Origin: Bacteroidia bacterium
GTDB lineage: Bacteria; Bacteroidota; Bacteroidia; Chitinophagales; Chitinophagaceae
Direction of reading: 5' to 3'
DNA: 64,000 nucleotides
Assembly (NCBI GenBank): GCA_030426665.1
Contig: JAUHYD010000004.1
Location: 105,598 to 169,597, forward strand
Below the pieces are notes generated by a model, which had not been told where the DNA came from, did no database searches, and was given only the letters and a program-made list of their open reading frames with translations. Numbering within the stretch: the first letter of the stretch is position 1; each line of letters opens with the position of its first letter. The translations under genes and the position numbers were made by a program. This document shows, piece by piece, positions 17,225-27,675 of the stretch.

Positions 17225-17770
17225 CTAGGTTTTTACGGTGTCTTGTCTTGAAAACAACAACAAATAAACGACGATAAATAACATTGAAGTTACCGTTGAT
17301 GCAACCGTCTTCAGGAGCAGGTTCGAAACATTACTGATATTCCAAAGTTCAACGGAGAAAAACAACAAGTGATGTACCAGAATAAGGAATCCACTATAAA
17401 CAAGAAATGGCATCCAGCCCATTGTTCTGACAGACGGCTGCATCCCGGTGTATTCGGATAGGTTTCTGGGCAAAAGGGCATTGAGCACGTTGATCCGCAA
17501 GTAAGCAATCAGAACCATTGCACAGGCATGCATGCCGGCTGTATTACTAAAAGCATCTATGGTAACCCCAAGAACAAACCCCACCGTAAGCAGCAGCCAT
17601 ATGGGTGTTTCGAACGGCAACAATAACAAAAACAATGGGTATATGTATGGGGTAAATACTGGAAAACCGTACGGTTCACTCCACCACCGAAGGTTTATCC
17701 TGTTCAGTATAAGTACCTGAAGGAGCACAATAATAAAAAACCGCAATGTATTTTTTAGATATACATTCAT
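17225..17770 (-). CDS. mreD: Rod shape-determining protein MreD
   Basis: Multi-TM protein downstream of mreC: YPLFLLLLPF, GVTIDAFSNTAGMHA. Confidence 0.9.
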   Translation of the reverse strand: MNVYLKNTLRFFIIVLLQVLILNRINLRWWSEPYGFPVFTPYIYPLFLLLLPFETPIWLLLTVGFVLGVTIDAFSNTAGMHACAMVLIAYLRINVLNALLPRNLSEYTGMQPSVRTMGWMPFLVYSGFLILVHHLLFFSVELWNISNVSNLLLKTVASTVTSMLFIVVYLLLFSRQDTVKT

Positions 17771-17773
17771 TGA

Positions 17774-18631
17774 TTATTTTTTTGCCGTTGTTGTCCTTAC
17801 CTCTTTTTCTTCATCAGCCATGGTATTCTCTACAACATACACATACCGTAAGTTCTCGAAATCTGTCGATGACCATAAATACACCTTTTGCGATGCCTTC
17901 TTTTTAACAGCGATGGTTTTGATTACCGTACCTATAAGTATGTCCGGAGGAAAGTATAACGAGTAATCGCTTGTAAAAACAGAATCCCCTTTCATAATAA
18001 TAGAATGTTGAGGCAGCTCTGTCATTGTCAATACGTGTGGGTTCTCCGTGCTCCAAATCACAACGCCATTTGTCCCGTTTTTAAGTTTCGCGCTTACTTT
18101 TTGTTTTGAACTCAAGACAGAAAGTATACTTGAAAAATTGTTAGATACTTGCTCTACCCGACCTGCAATACCCGTTCCCGATAGAACAGCCATACCTTTT
18201 CGAATCCCATGTTTTCGGCCGCGATTTATAGTGATATAGTTGTCTGTATTGGCTGTTGCGTTATTAATAACTTTTGCGGAGCGATAAACATAGTCAGCAT
18301 ATTCAACAATATGTATTGAAGTGTCTGTCTGTGGCTCTGCAATTTGCACAACTGTATCTTTTAATGTGTCAACACTGATGTACTTTCCTAAAGATTCCCT
18401 TAGTCGTGCATTTTCGTTGAGCAGGCTGTCGTTCATTTTCCTGAGAGCGAAATAGCTAACAACATCATTTTCTTTCTTGTATACCTCACCGGCAATTACA
18501 TTCGCAGAATTCACGATGTCATTGCCCTGAACTGTATCACTACGCTGAATCATAATAATACATACAATCTCAAAAGCCAAAAAGAGAATGAGATTAAAGA
18601 AGCGGCGTATAAAAAAAATAAAATTGCGCAC
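17774..18631 (-). CDS. mreC: Rod shape-determining protein MreC
   Basis: N-terminal TM, coiled coil LLNENARLRE, NYITINRGRKHGIRKGMAV, GDSVFTS and FPPDILIGTV. Confidence 0.93.
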   Translation of the reverse strand: MRNFIFFIRRFFNLILFLAFEIVCIIMIQRSDTVQGNDIVNSANVIAGEVYKKENDVVSYFALRKMNDSLLNENARLRESLGKYISVDTLKDTVVQIAEPQTDTSIHIVEYADYVYRSAKVINNATANTDNYITINRGRKHGIRKGMAVLSGTGIAGRVEQVSNNFSSILSVLSSKQKVSAKLKNGTNGVVIWSTENPHVLTMTELPQHSIIMKGDSVFTSDYSLYFPPDILIGTVIKTIAVKKKASQKVYLWSSTDFENLRYVYVVENTMADEEKEVRTTTAKK

Positions 18632-18723
18632 TAATCTGTAATTTTTGTTTGCTCCATCCCGGTCAATGTCCGGAGTTGTGGCATCAGTCTTTAATAAGTA
18701 GCTTTTGACTGACGCATAGGAAG

Positions 18724-19755
18724 CTATTTCATAAGAAACGGCATTCTGGCAATGTTCTTAAGCGCCATTCCCGTTCCCCTGACTACAGCCCGAAGCGGAT
18801 CGTCAGCTACATGCACAGGTAGTTTTATTTTATGAGAAATTCGTTTATCCAGACCACGTAATAATGCACCGCCACCTGTAAGGTATAGACCTCTTCTGTA
18901 TATATCAGCAGCTAGTTCAGGCGGCGTACTTTCAAGAGCCTTCAGTATGGCTTCTTCAATTTTGAAGATTGATTTATCAAGTGCTTCTGCTACTTCCTGA
19001 TAAGAAACCATAATTTGTTTGGGTATACCTGTTACCAAGTCTCGACCATTTACAGCAATATCGTCCGGAGGAGAGTCCAGTTCCTTAAGAGCCGAGCCGA
19101 CATGTATTTTTATTTGTTCTGCGGTGCGCTCGCCTATCATGAGGCTATGGTAACGCCTCATTGCTTCCATAATGTCTCCGGTAAACTCGTCTCCGGCTAT
19201 CCTGATAGATTGATCGCATACTATGCCGGCAAGTGCAATCACAGAAATTCCGGTGGTTCCCCCACCAATATCAATTATCATGTTTCCTGTCGGCTCCTCA
19301 ACATCTATACCGATTCCAAGAGCTGCTGCCATAGGTTCATGAATCATGTAAACTTCTTTAGCTCCGGCCTGTTCTGCCGAATCTCTTACCGCACGTTTTT
19401 CAACCTCTGTAATACTCGATGGGATACAAATAACCATTCTCCAGCTCGGTGGGAACATGGGTTTTTTAGGGTAAACCAACTTAATCATCTCCCGTAACAT
19501 ACCCTCTGCTGCATTAAAGTCGGCAATAACACCATCCTTTAGTGGCCGGATAGTTTTTAGATTTTCGTGCGTTTTTTCGTGCATCATCATTGCCTTCTTA
19601 CCTACGGCAACTATCTTATTAGTAGTACGGTCTATGGCTACGATTGACGGTTCATCAACAACAACCTGATCATTATGAATAATCAGCGTGTTAGCAGTAC
19701 CGAGATCTATTGCTATCTCTTGTGTCAAAAATTTAAAAAAGCCTAAAAAACTCAT
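18724..19755 (-). CDS. mreB: Actin-like protein MreB
   Basis: IAIDLGTANT, IRPLKDGVIADF, IIDIGGGTT and LTGGGALL. Confidence 0.97.
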   Translation of the reverse strand: MSFLGFFKFLTQEIAIDLGTANTLIIHNDQVVVDEPSIVAIDRTTNKIVAVGKKAMMMHEKTHENLKTIRPLKDGVIADFNAAEGMLREMIKLVYPKKPMFPPSWRMVICIPSSITEVEKRAVRDSAEQAGAKEVYMIHEPMAAALGIGIDVEEPTGNMIIDIGGGTTGISVIALAGIVCDQSIRIAGDEFTGDIMEAMRRYHSLMIGERTAEQIKIHVGSALKELDSPPDDIAVNGRDLVTGIPKQIMVSYQEVAEALDKSIFKIEEAILKALESTPPELAADIYRRGLYLTGGGALLRGLDKRISHKIKLPVHVADDPLRAVVRGTGMALKNIARMPFLMK

Positions 19756-20112
19756 TTTGGCAGTATTTATTGTTGTCGCAACAATGCGAATTTGAATGAA
19801 AATTTGATCAACCTATCAAAGTAGGTGGTGCAAAATTAGGTAAATAATTATCCCTAATCAGGTAAAATACAAAACGTGCAAACAAATTAGTTAATAATTC
19901 CCTAACATTGTCCCGACTTGAAAAACATTTGTTTTTATTGAATGTAAAGTAAAATTAATTTTTGGGTCAGATGGCTTCCGCCTCGTTCAAAATATGGTGT
20001 CAATCATTGCTGTTTTGGCATTACAGTAATTTCTGTTGTATAAATTTCAGGAGCAGTAAAATAAAGTAAATTATTGTTCGGAAAACTATCGCTAATTATA
20101 TAATTTTGCACT

Positions 20113-20134
20113 TCGGGCGTTGAGCCCGATTTTT
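20113..20134 (+). promoter_or_regulatory. Hairpin plus U-tract in the carB leader, just after a TAnnTTTG element
   Basis: TAATTTTG at 20101-20108, then TCGGGC-GTTGA-GCCCGA followed by TTTTT. Confidence 0.35.
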
Positions 20135-20185
20135 ATATCTGCTCATCGCGTCGTTTAATATTCGTTTACCATATATTTTCCACTA

Positions 20186-23053
20186 ATGCCGCGTGATCTT
20201 TCTATTAAAAGTGTATTAATTATTGGTTCTGGTCCTATCGTGATAGGACAAGCGTGTGAATTTGACTATTCCGGCTCTCAGGCAGCCCGCAGTTTGCGTG
20301 AAGAAGGCGTCAAAGTCATATTAATCAACTCAAATCCCGCAACTATAATGACTGACCCCATTATGGCCGATCGGGTGTATTTGTTGCCGCTTACAATAGA
20401 AAGTCTCGAAGAAATATTAGAAGAAAACGATATAGACGCCGTGTTGCCTACCATGGGCGGTCAGACTGCGTTGAATCTTGCGAAGGAAGCGGACGAATTG
20501 GGAGTTTGGGAGCGGTATGGCGTCCGGTTGATTGGTGTTGACATAAAAGCAATTGATAAAGCTGAGGACAGGGAGCTTTTCAGGAAGTGGATGATTGAGT
20601 TAGGTGTGCCGGTCGCAATTGCCAAAACGGCAAACTCCCTATTGGAAGGAAAAGAGTTTGCCCAGGAAATTGAAATTCCATTGGTAATTCGCCCATCTTT
20701 CACACTTGGTGGTTCTGGAGGAAGCATTGTAACTCGTAAAGAGGATCTTGACGCTGCATTGGAAAGAGGGTTGACTGCATCTCCGATTCATGAGGTTTTG
20801 GTTGAGAAAGCGGTATTGGGCTGGAAGGAGTTTGAGTTGGAACTCTTGCGGGACAAAAACGACAATGTCGCTATTATATGTACTGTCGAAAACTTTGACC
20901 CTATGGGGGTTCATACGGGAGACAGCATAACTGTAGCACCTGCTATGACTTTGAGCGATACGGCGTTTCAGTTGATGCGGGATACTGCTATTCGTATGAT
21001 GTGCGATTTAGGTAACTTTTCAGGAGGGTGTAACGTGCAGTTTGCGTTGAACCCCGAGACAGAAGAGATTATCGCCATTGAGATTAACCCCAGAGTTAGC
21101 CGGTCATCGGCATTGGCATCCAAGGCCACGGGTTACCCAATCGCTAAAATAGCTGCGAAATTGGCGATAGGGTATGCACTTGACGAGCTAACCAATCAGA
21201 TAACGCAAACAACCTCCGCATATTTTGAGCCTGCTCTCGACTACGTAATTGTTAAAATGCCGCGCTGGAACTTTGACAAGTTCAAAGGTGCTGACGATAC
21301 ACTCGGCTTTCAGATGAAGTCTGTAGGGGAAGTGATGGGAATTGGAAGAACTTTCCCGGAGGCGTTACAAAAAGCATGTCAGAGTCTTGAAAATAATGCT
21401 ACCGGTTTATCGTTTCTCAGTACCAGCAGGCTACGCCCTGAAGAGTTAATAGACACCATTAAGCGACCTACATGGGATCGTATATTCAGGATTAAGGAAG
21501 CAATGGCAGCCGGGGTATCTATTAAGACGATTAAGGAGCATACACAGATAGATCGTTGGTTTTTATACCAGATTCAGGACATTGTCAATCTGGAAAATGA
21601 AATAAAGCAATTTAAGCACTTAAATAATTTGCCGATAGAGCTGTTAAGGAGTGCGAAGAAAATGGGATTTGGCGACGAGCAAATTGCTGAACTTATTAAC
21701 GATTGTACCGGCGACGAAGTATATGAATATAGAAAGGCTGCCGGAATTACCAGAGTATACAAGATGGTAGACACCTGTAGCGCAGAGTTTGCCGCTAAAA
21801 CCCCATACTACTACAGTACGTTTGAAGACAAAGGCGTTTTCCCGAAAGATGATAACGCTTCGTTTAATGGTAATCCAGGTAACGAAAGTATCGTTTCTGA
21901 TAAAAAGAAGATAATAGTTTTAGGTTCCGGACCCAACAGAATAGGTCAGGGAATTGAATTTGACTATTGCTGTACGCATGGTTTGCTTGCCATACGAGAA
22001 TGTGGATATGAATCAATAATGGTCAATTGTAACCCGGAAACCGTTTCAACTGATTTCGACATTGCTGATAAACTATATTTTGAGCCGGTATATTGGGAGC
22101 ATTTGTGGGAAATAATAGAACACGAAAAGCCTGATGGAGTTATTGTTCAGTTGGGAGGTCAAACAGCACTTAAGCTCGCCGGGAAGCTCCATGAACGGGG
22201 AATAAAGATTGTCGGAACATCGTTTGACAATATGGATATCGCTGAAGATAGAGGTAGGTTTAGTGATACGCTGAAGGAACTTAATATCCCCTATCCTAAA
22301 TACGGTACCGCTTATACTACAGACGAAGCCATAGATGTGGCTCAGGAGGTTGGCTACCCTGTTTTGGTGCGGCCATCTTATGTGCTGGGTGGTCAAAGAA
22401 TGAGAATCGTAATTAACGACGAAGAACTGGAAAAAAGTGTTGTTAGCTTACTTAAACACTTACCTGGAAATAAGATTCTTATAGACCACTTTCTGGACAG
22501 ATGTCAGGAAGCGGAAGTAGATGCAATTTGTGATGGAGATGAAGTGCATATAATGGGTATTATGGAGCACATAGAGCCGGCCGGAATTCATAGTGGCGAC
22601 AGCCATGCGCTACTACCCGTGTTTAATCTCGGGCCGCTGATTGTAGAGGAGATGACAGAAATTTCCAAAAAAATAGCAATGAGCCTGAATGTGCGCGGAT
22701 TGATAAACATACAATTTGCAATAAAAGATGGCAAAGTCTTTGTAATAGAGGCAAACCCGAGAGCCAGCCGTACCACACCTTTTATAGCGAAAGCCTACAA
22801 TATACCCTATCTTAATATTGCTACAAAAGTAATGTTGGGCGAAAACAAGCTTAAAGATTTTGTGATGGATAAGAAACTTGAAGGGTTTGCGGTTAAAGAG
22901 CCTGTTTTTAGCTTCAATAAATTTCCAAGGGTAAATAAGGAGCTGGGTCCTGAAATGAAAAGTACAGGAGAGGCAATTCGATTTATCAAGAATTTGCGGG
23001 ATCCGTGGTTCAGGCAACTATACAAGGAGCGTAGCATGCACCTCAGTAGATAG
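20186..23053 (+). CDS. carB: Carbamoyl-phosphate synthase large subunit
   Basis: GSGPIVIGQACEFDYSG, GSGPNRIGQGIEFDY, two ATP-grasp modules and EMKSTGE. 955 aa with no MGS domain. Confidence 0.97.
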   Translation: MPRDLSIKSVLIIGSGPIVIGQACEFDYSGSQAARSLREEGVKVILINSNPATIMTDPIMADRVYLLPLTIESLEEILEENDIDAVLPTMGGQTALNLAKEADELGVWERYGVRLIGVDIKAIDKAEDRELFRKWMIELGVPVAIAKTANSLLEGKEFAQEIEIPLVIRPSFTLGGSGGSIVTRKEDLDAALERGLTASPIHEVLVEKAVLGWKEFELELLRDKNDNVAIICTVENFDPMGVHTGDSITVAPAMTLSDTAFQLMRDTAIRMMCDLGNFSGGCNVQFALNPETEEIIAIEINPRVSRSSALASKATGYPIAKIAAKLAIGYALDELTNQITQTTSAYFEPALDYVIVKMPRWNFDKFKGADDTLGFQMKSVGEVMGIGRTFPEALQKACQSLENNATGLSFLSTSRLRPEELIDTIKRPTWDRIFRIKEAMAAGVSIKTIKEHTQIDRWFLYQIQDIVNLENEIKQFKHLNNLPIELLRSAKKMGFGDEQIAELINDCTGDEVYEYRKAAGITRVYKMVDTCSAEFAAKTPYYYSTFEDKGVFPKDDNASFNGNPGNESIVSDKKKIIVLGSGPNRIGQGIEFDYCCTHGLLAIRECGYESIMVNCNPETVSTDFDIADKLYFEPVYWEHLWEIIEHEKPDGVIVQLGGQTALKLAGKLHERGIKIVGTSFDNMDIAEDRGRFSDTLKELNIPYPKYGTAYTTDEAIDVAQEVGYPVLVRPSYVLGGQRMRIVINDEELEKSVVSLLKHLPGNKILIDHFLDRCQEAEVDAICDGDEVHIMGIMEHIEPAGIHSGDSHALLPVFNLGPLIVEEMTEISKKIAMSLNVRGLINIQFAIKDGKVFVIEANPRASRTTPFIAKAYNIPYLNIATKVMLGENKLKDFVMDKKLEGFAVKEPVFSFNKFPRVNKELGPEMKSTGEAIRFIKNLRDPWFRQLYKERSMHLSR

Positions 23054-23155
23054 CCGGATATTGTTGTGTTTTAGCGCTCAATAGTATCACGATACGGGCA
23101 CACCTGGTTTCAAAGCTTGTACATTCAAAAAATATTGTTATTTTAGAACTCCATT

Positions 23156-24322
23156 TTGAAACGACTGATACTTGCTGGGATAATGGTCGCATTCTGTTGT
23201 GGCGAGGTTATAGCGCAGATAGTACTCTCTTCTGCAGATTATCCTGTTTCTCTTATAGGTGCAGATAGTCTTCGAACGTCTACTTACACATCCGTATACC
23301 CTTCATTGATACCAGCGTTTTCCGGGGTCTGGAACATGGAAGTAATTACAGACACTATCCCATATACAATTCAGTATCGTGTTAATGACGACTTTTATCA
23401 ATATGCAGACAGCAATGTATATCATTTGAGTTCCTACGGTTACAACGGAAATGCTCAGCATGCAATCACAGCCGATGGCATAAAAGAGTATGGGTTACGA
23501 ATAAAAGGTAAAGCTATAAGCTTGACACCGCTAACTATCAGCCCCATCGACACATTGTTTATACCGGAGCAGACGGATAATTATTCAGCTCCCTTGGTCA
23601 AAATAGCATTACCTGCCACATTCAATGACAATTGGGGTTGCTCCTATGTGTCACGGCTTGACTTTGAATTATCTGTTGCAAGCTATTCTTTGGTACATGA
23701 ACCTTGTTTCAGAAGAAAACTTATTGACCGACGGGACACAGTGGTTGGTTGGGGTAATATGCGACTAAGGAATTCCTGGGGAAGCATTTCACCATATTTC
23801 GAAGTGTTACAAGTACAGACGACAGTCATCACGACAGATAGTTTTTATATGACGGGTGTTCCGGCACCAGCTTCAATTTTGGGGCTGCTTTCTCTCGTAC
23901 AAGGCAAACGTGATACTTCTTACCTTCAGGAATATTACAGAAAAGGAGAGGTGACACCGTTGGCGGAGGTACATTTTAGGGATGCCTCGTTTACGGCCCC
24001 GTTCAAAGCAATAACACATGTGCAGCGGTTACAGCCCAACAAACTGATTGACTTACAAAAATCTGATAGCCGGTTGCTCGTTTACCCAAACCCAATAACA
24101 AAGGGAATGCTTTATGTTGACATGCAGGATAACATAAACGAATGTGCGTTCCGATTAACGGATATTAACGGTCGTCAAGTTTTGTCCGGCGATATCCGTA
24201 ATGTCGGTGGGTTTGGGAAGGTTAAAATTCCGGGTGTTCTTGACCAGGGTATTTACCAGCTTGAAGTAGGGGCTCATCCGGATAATTTTAAACGGACGCA
24301 AATTCAGGTTCTATCCAAATAA
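23156..24322 (+). CDS. T9SS type A sorting domain-containing secreted protein
   Basis: Signal peptide and C-terminal VYPNP...LTDINGRQV...GIYQLEV. Confidence 0.8.
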   Translation: MKRLILAGIMVAFCCGEVIAQIVLSSADYPVSLIGADSLRTSTYTSVYPSLIPAFSGVWNMEVITDTIPYTIQYRVNDDFYQYADSNVYHLSSYGYNGNAQHAITADGIKEYGLRIKGKAISLTPLTISPIDTLFIPEQTDNYSAPLVKIALPATFNDNWGCSYVSRLDFELSVASYSLVHEPCFRRKLIDRRDTVVGWGNMRLRNSWGSISPYFEVLQVQTTVITTDSFYMTGVPAPASILGLLSLVQGKRDTSYLQEYYRKGEVTPLAEVHFRDASFTAPFKAITHVQRLQPNKLIDLQKSDSRLLVYPNPITKGMLYVDMQDNINECAFRLTDINGRQVLSGDIRNVGGFGKVKIPGVLDQGIYQLEVGAHPDNFKRTQIQVLSK

Positions 24323-24345
24323 CATTTTGCTTATCTTAATGCACT

Positions 24346-25779
24346 ATGGACAAACAAGACTCCGCTCTGAAACCGGCAGCATATGTAGCATTAGGAGCCA
24401 TGGCGCTATTGTTGGTTGGGGCTCTTGTTTTTTACAAAGAGAGAATGCTGTTCGCCGATGCTGCTTATGTATGTTTTAATATTGTAAACTCCGGTGACTT
24501 TTTTATCCAGGAACGTAGATACGGTTCATATATTACTCAGGCATTCCCATATCTTGGAACATTGTTACACCTACCGCTGAAAGCCATATTGATAGGGTAT
24601 TCCTTAAGTTTCAATTTGTTTTATTTTTCCGTGACAAGTTTGTTGGTATTGCGTTGGCGGCAATACGCTTTTGGCATATTGATGGCGTTGTATTATTTCC
24701 TGTTTGTTACTCAATCATATTTTTGGACTAACAACGAAATACATCAGGCAGTTGCCTGTATGTGCCTGTTTTGGGGTGTAATGAAATGGCTCGGGGACAG
24801 AAAGGTACATCCACTTTTATTAATTCCTGTATTTACGGCACTTGCTGCATTAACGTTATACACCCACCTGGTGGTGATTATTCCATTTCTATTTTTGTGG
24901 ATTTATCTGATGTTCGACAAGGGTTTTTGGCCGTTTACAAAATGGATGACGGTTGTTTTGAGTGCTATACTTGTTGCCATTATCGCCAACAAGTATCTGA
25001 CTAGTATTGGCCAGAATTACGACGGCCCTAAATTGAAGGAGATTCCACCAATAACTTTCGAAAATGTGGTTGGTGCTTTTTCAACCCCGGTCATAAAAAT
25101 TTTTTTAAGTCGATTAGTTTCGATTTACACGCCGGCAATAATCGTATTCCTATTGGGTATGATCTGGCTTTTTCGAACAAAGAAGTTGTACCAGGGTGGG
25201 TGGGTGCTTTTGTCCGTCGCCGGCTATTTTGCACTTATGGGGTTGACTTATGGCAAGTTCGATGAAAATTTCGCTCTATTCCATATCGAAAGTGAATGGG
25301 CTGCAATGTCATTCCTAATTGCAACGCCATTTGTCTTTACATTTTTACCAGCAATTAAAGCCAGAACAGCAACTATACTGGTGTTAGTGATATTTTTGAT
25401 TAGAATCGGGTACATAGCCACGGCGTTGCCCGGATTTTTGTGGCATACACGTTTCAAAGAAGAAGTTTTGAGCCAAATGAAAAAGAAAAATGTTACAAAA
25501 CTTGCTTTGCATCGTAACAATGAAATAAGTTCGAAACTGCTGCTCGACTGGACGCTGGCCGAAGAGTCTATGTTCCTGTCTTCAATGAACGGCGATGTTC
25601 TTCGCACTTTTCGATTTATTAACACAGACGATACCGCGACACTCAGAACATTAAAAAACCCCGTCGGTATTTCAACAGCGAATAAATGGATAGAACAGAA
25701 CGACGTTAATGTGAGATACTTTCTTCTTGACACAACTACAAAATATATTGTCTCCGATTATGAAAGCTTTATGAAATAA
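24346..25779 (+). CDS. Polytopic membrane protein (possible GT-C-like glycosyltransferase)
   Basis: About 10-12 hydrophobic segments followed by a soluble C-terminal domain. No family recognised with certainty. Confidence 0.55.
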   Translation: MDKQDSALKPAAYVALGAMALLLVGALVFYKERMLFADAAYVCFNIVNSGDFFIQERRYGSYITQAFPYLGTLLHLPLKAILIGYSLSFNLFYFSVTSLLVLRWRQYAFGILMALYYFLFVTQSYFWTNNEIHQAVACMCLFWGVMKWLGDRKVHPLLLIPVFTALAALTLYTHLVVIIPFLFLWIYLMFDKGFWPFTKWMTVVLSAILVAIIANKYLTSIGQNYDGPKLKEIPPITFENVVGAFSTPVIKIFLSRLVSIYTPAIIVFLLGMIWLFRTKKLYQGGWVLLSVAGYFALMGLTYGKFDENFALFHIESEWAAMSFLIATPFVFTFLPAIKARTATILVLVIFLIRIGYIATALPGFLWHTRFKEEVLSQMKKKNVTKLALHRNNEISSKLLLDWTLAEESMFLSSMNGDVLRTFRFINTDDTATLRTLKNPVGISTANKWIEQNDVNVRYFLLDTTTKYIVSDYESFMK

Positions 25780-25830
25780 AGCATTTCTATTACAGTCAAT
25801 ATTGATAACTTTCCACCTCAAAAGCAAAGC

Positions 25831-26343
25831 ATGAAAGCGAAACATCCCAAAGACACCTTTCTGGTAACGTCTGAATTGGTTTTACCAAATGATACTAACA
25901 CACTTGGCAACCTCATGGGAGGCAGGCTGATGCACTGGATGGATATAGCTGCAGCAATTTCCGCTCAGAAGCATTGCAATTGTCCCGTTGTAACTGCGTC
26001 TGTCGACAATGTTTCGTTTGCAAACCCCATTAAGCTGGGAAACCTGTTGACTATCGAAGCGAAGCTGACGCGCTCTTTCAATACGTCTATGGAAGTTTTT
26101 CTTCGTGTTTATGGCGAAGACCTTACAGCGCAATATCGTTATGTTTCTAACGAAGCATACATGACATTTGTAGCGTTAGACCCGAATAGTCGACCAAGAA
26201 AAGTACCGGAGTTGATACCGGAAACTGAAGAAGAACAAAAATTGTTTGACGGAGCGTTGCGTCGTCGGCAGTTAAGGCTGATATTGGGAGGGAAAATGAC
26301 ACCCGATGAAGCAGGAGAGTTAAAAGCACTTTTTGTTAAGTAA
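25831..26343 (+). CDS. Acyl-CoA thioesterase (hotdog fold)
   Basis: VLPNDTNTLGNLMGGRLMHWMDIAA, VVTASVDNVSF. Confidence 0.92.
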   Translation: MKAKHPKDTFLVTSELVLPNDTNTLGNLMGGRLMHWMDIAAAISAQKHCNCPVVTASVDNVSFANPIKLGNLLTIEAKLTRSFNTSMEVFLRVYGEDLTAQYRYVSNEAYMTFVALDPNSRPRKVPELIPETEEEQKLFDGALRRRQLRLILGGKMTPDEAGELKALFVK

Positions 26344-26382
26344 TATCGAATAAGACATATACAATTCGACAAAAATTATTGC

Positions 26383-27666
26383 ATGATTTTAGATAGAAGC
26401 ACATCACCAACAATTCATGACGCCATAGAGTTTGACTTCAGGCTTCCGCCCATTAACAGAGAGCAGCTGGACAACGGTTTGAACGTTAATTGGCTGGATG
26501 CAGGAGTTCAGGATGTTGTCAGAATAGATTGGGTGTTTCCTTCGGGTCTGTGGTATGAGCAGCGCGCAGCGGTTGCAAAGGCAACAGCGGGAATGTTGAA
26601 GAGTGGAACAAAGAAGTATACAGCGGAACAAATACATGAATCTTTAGAGTTCTATGGTGCTCAGCTTAATGTTTCTGCCGGCAGTGATTTCGGTAGCATC
26701 ACTCTTTACACACTCACCAAACATCTCTCCGATTTATTGCCTGTTGTGCTGGATATAATTACTGATTCAACCTTCCCTGAAGATGAATTGGCAATATATA
26801 AGCGGAATACAATTCAAAAGTTGATGGTACATCTCCGGGAATGTGAGTTCGTGGCCAACCAACAGATAGATGCCGCTCTATTTGGAGATCAACACCCATA
26901 CGGAAGATATTCGCGTGTGGATTCTATTGAAGCGTTGACCCAATCAGATATTGTACATTTTCACAAATCTCAGTATAACCTTGCCAATGCTCAAATATTT
27001 ATGGCAGGAAAGGTTGGCCGGAAGGAGTTCGAGCAAATCAACAAGGTTTTTGGTGTTGTTTCTTTGGCCCATAATGAAGTGGAGAAAAGAAATTTCTCTG
27101 TTGAAACAAATCCTCAAAAAGTACAACGTATAAGCAACGACCCCAATGGCGTACAGGGAGCAATTCGAATCGCCAGGTTATTTCCCAATCGTCATCACCC
27201 CGACTATACACCAATGGTTGTGCTGAATGGCTTGCTGGGTGGCTATTTTGGTTCCCGGTTAATGAGCAATATCCGGGAGGATAAGGGTTATACTTATGGT
27301 ATATACAGCACCCTTTCTCCTGATGTAAATGGCGGTACGATGACTATTCAGACTGAAGTTGGGACAGCTGTTTTGGAAAATGCAATAAAAGAAGTTTATA
27401 AAGAGATGGAATTGCTTTGCAAAGAAGCTGTAAGTGAGGAGGAACTGTTGTTGGTCAAAAATTATTTGTTGGGCGGGCTTCTTGGAGACTTAGACGGACC
27501 ATTTTCGATTCTCAGAAGGTGGCGTACACTTATTTTGAATGGTTTTGGGGAAGAGGATTTCCGGAAAAATGTGGAAATCTATAAAAAAATAACGCCCACA
27601 GCGTTGCAGGCGTTAGCTCAAAAATATTACAATAGAGAAGACTTCCACGAAGTTGTCGTCGTGTAG
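26383..27666 (+). CDS. M16 (pitrilysin) family peptidase, non-catalytic subunit
   Basis: LGGYFGSRLMSNIREDKGYTYG is present. The HxxEH zinc motif is absent (AKATAGML in its place). Confidence 0.85.
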   Translation: MILDRSTSPTIHDAIEFDFRLPPINREQLDNGLNVNWLDAGVQDVVRIDWVFPSGLWYEQRAAVAKATAGMLKSGTKKYTAEQIHESLEFYGAQLNVSAGSDFGSITLYTLTKHLSDLLPVVLDIITDSTFPEDELAIYKRNTIQKLMVHLRECEFVANQQIDAALFGDQHPYGRYSRVDSIEALTQSDIVHFHKSQYNLANAQIFMAGKVGRKEFEQINKVFGVVSLAHNEVEKRNFSVETNPQKVQRISNDPNGVQGAIRIARLFPNRHHPDYTPMVVLNGLLGGYFGSRLMSNIREDKGYTYGIYSTLSPDVNGGTMTIQTEVGTAVLENAIKEVYKEMELLCKEAVSEEELLLVKNYLLGGLLGDLDGPFSILRRWRTLILNGFGEEDFRKNVEIYKKITPTALQALAQKYYNREDFHEVVVV

Positions 27667-27675
27667 TCAAATCAT

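Noticed and set aside
20186-23053. carB lacking the MGS domain and an adjacent carA
   Set aside because: A short CarB unlinked from carA is common in Bacteroidota, so this is not unusual.
26383-27666. M16 peptidase without HxxEH read as a pseudogene
   Set aside because: Non-catalytic M16 subunits are a normal part of heterodimeric M16B enzymes, and the ORF is intact.
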